From a virus: a stretch of 64,000 nucleotides of DNA. Below are positions 61,797 through 64,000 of this stretch, piece after piece. The position numbers and the translations under genes are program-made. Below the pieces are notes generated by a model, which searched no databases, was not told the origin of the DNA, and saw nothing but the letters and a program-made list of their open reading frames with translations. How positions within the stretch are numbered: position 1 is the stretch's first letter; every line of letters starts with the position of its first letter. The stretch lies in the IMG/VR virus record IMGVR_UViG_3300045988_126262. One strand, written 5' to 3'.

Positions 61797-62191
61797 GACA
61801 TATCGTATTCCTATTGTTGTTTTTGGCTATCTTGGCTGCGACGAGTTGTACCAGACATGTGTACGTTCCGGTGGAAACGACAAAGAGCGACACGGTGTAT
61901 CTGAACCGGGTGCAGCTCGATTCCATATACATGCGGGACAGTGTTTTTGTAGAGAAATCGGGAGACACGATACGTGAGTTCCAATACAAGTACATATACA
62001 GGTTCAAGGACAGAATCGATACGCTGTATATATCCAAGACGGACAGCATACAAGTACCCTACCCCGTCGAGGTAGTAAAGTACAAGACTCCTCAATGGTG
62101 CTGGTGGACACTCGGTGGCATTGTCTTGCTGCTTGTCCCTTACATCGTGAAATGGATAACAAAATTGAAAGGACTGGGTTTCTTGATATAA
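61793..62191 (+). CDS. Unimolecular spanin candidate (N-terminal lipoprotein signal + C-terminal TM)
   Basis: MRHIVFLLLFLAILAATSC lipobox and C-terminal WCWWTLGGIVLLLVPYIVKWI; the ATGA overlaps the endolysin stop. Confidence 0.6.
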   Translation: MRHIVFLLLFLAILAATSCTRHVYVPVETTKSDTVYLNRVQLDSIYMRDSVFVEKSGDTIREFQYKYIYRFKDRIDTLYISKTDSIQVPYPVEVVKYKTPQWCWWTLGGIVLLLVPYIVKWITKLKGLGFLI

Positions 62192-62276
62192 TTTGATTTA
62201 CGACTCCTTCCGGGGCTTCGGAGTATAAAGAGGAAAGCCTCAATCTCTTGCTGCTCTTCCAAAACTAACAAGAGAC

Positions 62277-62337
62277 AACATCACGGGGAATGTTACGAGG
62301 CTTTCACAGCCTTTAAACAGGAACGTGATGTTTTTTA
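62277..62337 (+). terminator. Compound terminator-like hairpin
   Basis: AACATCACG (62277-62285) / CGTGATGTT (62324-62332) enclosing an inner AGGCT/AGCCT hairpin, followed by TTTTTTATT. Confidence 0.45.
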
Positions 62338-62385
62338 TTGTGTCAACAATCTATAATTTAACAAATATTTAAAAAGGCAAGAGAT

Positions 62386-62685
62386 ATGAAAACCAATGAA
62401 ATCTTTGAACACGTCTTGCAAATCGTTTGCGAGGAATGTGAGCTGTGTTACGGCGAATTGATCAATGGTGCGAACAAAAATGCGGTCGACGCACGTTGCC
62501 TGCTCATCTGTGCGTTGGTATCGCTCGGCTTCTCCGAGGAGAACACCGCCGCTTATCTTTCCATGACCCGACAGGGAGTGAACAAATTGAAAAACAGCCT
62601 GAAACAGCGGTGTTCGGGAAGTTTTATTCTGACAACGACAAATCAACGGGTCAGCAACAGGATAGCCACCGAAATCCGAGGATAG
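62386..62685 (+). CDS. Small HTH protein (DnaA C-terminal domain-like)
   Basis: AVDARCLLICALVSLGFSEENTAAYLSMTRQGVNKL resembles the DnaA domain IV / sigma region 4-like HTH. Confidence 0.5.
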   Translation: MKTNEIFEHVLQIVCEECELCYGELINGANKNAVDARCLLICALVSLGFSEENTAAYLSMTRQGVNKLKNSLKQRCSGSFILTTTNQRVSNRIATEIRG

Positions 62686-62709
62686 CAACGGCAATAGCCA
62701 TACGTTTGT

Positions 62710-63693
62710 ATGCGGCCGATATTGGCCGTAACCATCAATTATATCTATATGGAAAGAACGTATGTTTTCAATCAAGAGCCCAATGGTGGCGGAAGCAAGT
62801 TCGACATCATGGCTTTATTGCCCAACCTGATGGGCGGTAAAGGGGTCGATCCCGGACTCTTGGCCCTTCTCAATCAGGGAAGGAACAATCAGGACGCTTG
62901 GGGCGGAGGCATGTGGTGGATTTGGATTATCCTGCTGTGGTTCTGCTGGGGCGGTAACGGATTCGGAGGTTTTGGCAACCGGGGCGGGCTTCCTGCCGAG
63001 TTGAACGGCGATGTAGGACGTGAATACCTGATGTCGGCCATTCAAGGGAACGGTAATGCCATCAACCAACTCGCCTCGTCCTTGAACTGCTCTACCCAAC
63101 AGTTACAATCTGCCTTGTGCAACATTCAGGGCTTGATTCAGGGTGTCGGCAACCAAGTGGGCATGTCCGCACAACAGATCATCAACAGCATTCAATCGGG
63201 TAATTGTACGCTGGCTACCCAAATCGCAGATTGCTGCTGCAAGACGCAAAACGCAATCGAGAGACAAGGATATGAAACTCGTATCGCCACCTCGGAACAA
63301 ACCCACTCCCTCGTGGACAGCGGCAATGAGAACACTCGTGCCATTTTGGCGAAGCTGGATTCTATCCAAACTCAGGCTTTACAGGACAAGATCACCGCTT
63401 TGACGGCAGAGAAGGCTACTTTGGCGGCTGAAATCTCCCAACGGAACCAGAATGCGACCATTCTCAATGCGGTAGGGCAACAGATTGCTCCCCTCGCTGC
63501 CGGTTTGCAGGCTCTCCAAAGCGATGTGGACGGCATCAAGTGTAAATTGCCCAATACCGTTCCCGTGGTATATCCGAACATTCAGGCTGTAAACACGGAC
63601 TTGTACCGGGCTGCCGCTTATGGTGCTTATGCGGGCGATGTCGCATACGGGCGCAGCGGTTACGGATGCGGTTGCAACAACTACTGGGGTTAA
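62710..63693 (+). CDS. Gly/Trp-rich membrane protein with Cys-rich coiled-coil C-terminus
   Basis: WGGGMWWIWIILLWFCWGGNGFGGFGNRGG segment; multiple Cys (CCC, ..GCGCNNYWG end); alternative start at 62749 (MERTYVF). Confidence 0.6.
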   Translation: MRPILAVTINYIYMERTYVFNQEPNGGGSKFDIMALLPNLMGGKGVDPGLLALLNQGRNNQDAWGGGMWWIWIILLWFCWGGNGFGGFGNRGGLPAELNGDVGREYLMSAIQGNGNAINQLASSLNCSTQQLQSALCNIQGLIQGVGNQVGMSAQQIINSIQSGNCTLATQIADCCCKTQNAIERQGYETRIATSEQTHSLVDSGNENTRAILAKLDSIQTQALQDKITALTAEKATLAAEISQRNQNATILNAVGQQIAPLAAGLQALQSDVDGIKCKLPNTVPVVYPNIQAVNTDLYRAAAYGAYAGDVAYGRSGYGCGCNNYWG

Positions 63694-63716
63694 TTCCAGT
63701 AAGAAAGGAGGTATAT

Positions 63717-64000
63717 ATGTGGCCTAACTTTTTTACAGGGTTTCCCTTTCCGTTCCCGACGCTGGGCAGAGTGAATTACAACACTCTTCCTACGGTGGCG
63801 GTGACGGTCGGCACGGAGAACGTGACTTTGGAACTTCCAAACCATGCGTTCCGTAACAGGGACTATGTGGGGGGATTCTATATCAATCTCCGTCAGGCGA
63901 TACCCGCCGGAACGACCGCAACGCTTCCCATTCTCATCGGGACGAACGGGGACACGAGACCTCTGCTGGCTTACAACAACGAGCCGGTGACGGTAGAGAA
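63717..64000 (+). CDS. Hypothetical protein, 5' partial (runs off the window)
   Basis: Own translation MWPNFFTGFPFPFPTLGRVNYNTLP... is open to the window end; AAAGGAGG lies 8 nt upstream. Confidence 0.5.
   Translation, partial: MWPNFFTGFPFPFPTLGRVNYNTLPTVAVTVGTENVTLELPNHAFRNRDYVGGFYINLRQAIPAGTTATLPILIGTNGDTRPLLAYNNEPVTVE

Noticed and set aside
1-64000. Stop-codon reassignment or suppressor-tRNA recoding, as seen in some gut phages
   Set aside because: All large structural genes (portal, MuF, terminase, tape measure, fibres) are uninterrupted under the standard code. None of the tRNA-like genes has a stop-reading anticodon.
1-64000. CRISPR array, rRNA, IS/transposase, reverse transcriptase (retron or DGR)
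   Set aside because: I saw no regularly spaced short repeats with unique spacers, and no rRNA-like conserved stretches. I also found no DDE/transposase or YxDD reverse-transcriptase motifs in any ORF.

Overview
The window looks like most of a temperate siphovirus-type prophage from a Bacteroidota (probably Bacteroidales) host. Supporting signs are TAnnTTTG -7 promoter boxes, few Shine-Dalgarno sites and about 40% GC. All calls come from reading motifs by eye; no database search was run.

Gene order, left to right:
- A terminator hairpin at the window edge, then a tyrosine integrase (241-1536).
- A divergent cI-like (HTH + S24 peptidase) / Cro-like immunity switch with two 19-bp operators.
- An early recombination and replication block: LuxR-type regulator, RecT, YqaJ-type exonuclease, RuvC-like resolvase, replication organiser.
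- Two DNA methyltransferases and a Lar-like protein.
- Many small accessory genes.
- A structural and lysis region that is unusually split. Portal and a MuF-like protein sit at 19.7-23.9 kb. TerS/TerL sit at 36.2-38.2 kb. Scaffold, capsid, tail tube, tape measure, tail fibres, endolysin and a unimolecular spanin run from 39.7 to 62.2 kb.

Most notable observations:
1. The MuF head protein is interrupted by a 339-aa LAGLIDADG intein. It ends in a RelA/SpoT-like (toxSAS-like) domain and is followed by a 76-aa ORF and an HD-type small alarmone hydrolase.
2. A 27-bp palindrome is fused to the -7 box at the head of each late operon (six copies).
3. A 125-136-bp promoter/leader module is present three times, each driving cassettes of anti-restriction-like small genes that share an AGAGCAATG start context.
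4. There are two Panacea (DUF4065) antitoxin-like modules. One sits inside the lysis cassette with a 2-TM toxin candidate.
5. An antisense moron (PD-(D/E)xK HsdR_N-like nuclease plus lipoprotein) lies between the tail chaperone and the tape measure.
6. One tRNA-Cys is accompanied by three tRNA-like genes with aberrant anticodon arms.
7. HigBA-like and Fic/HTH modules are present.

No rRNA, CRISPR array, transposase or reverse transcriptase was seen. The right prophage end lies outside the window.
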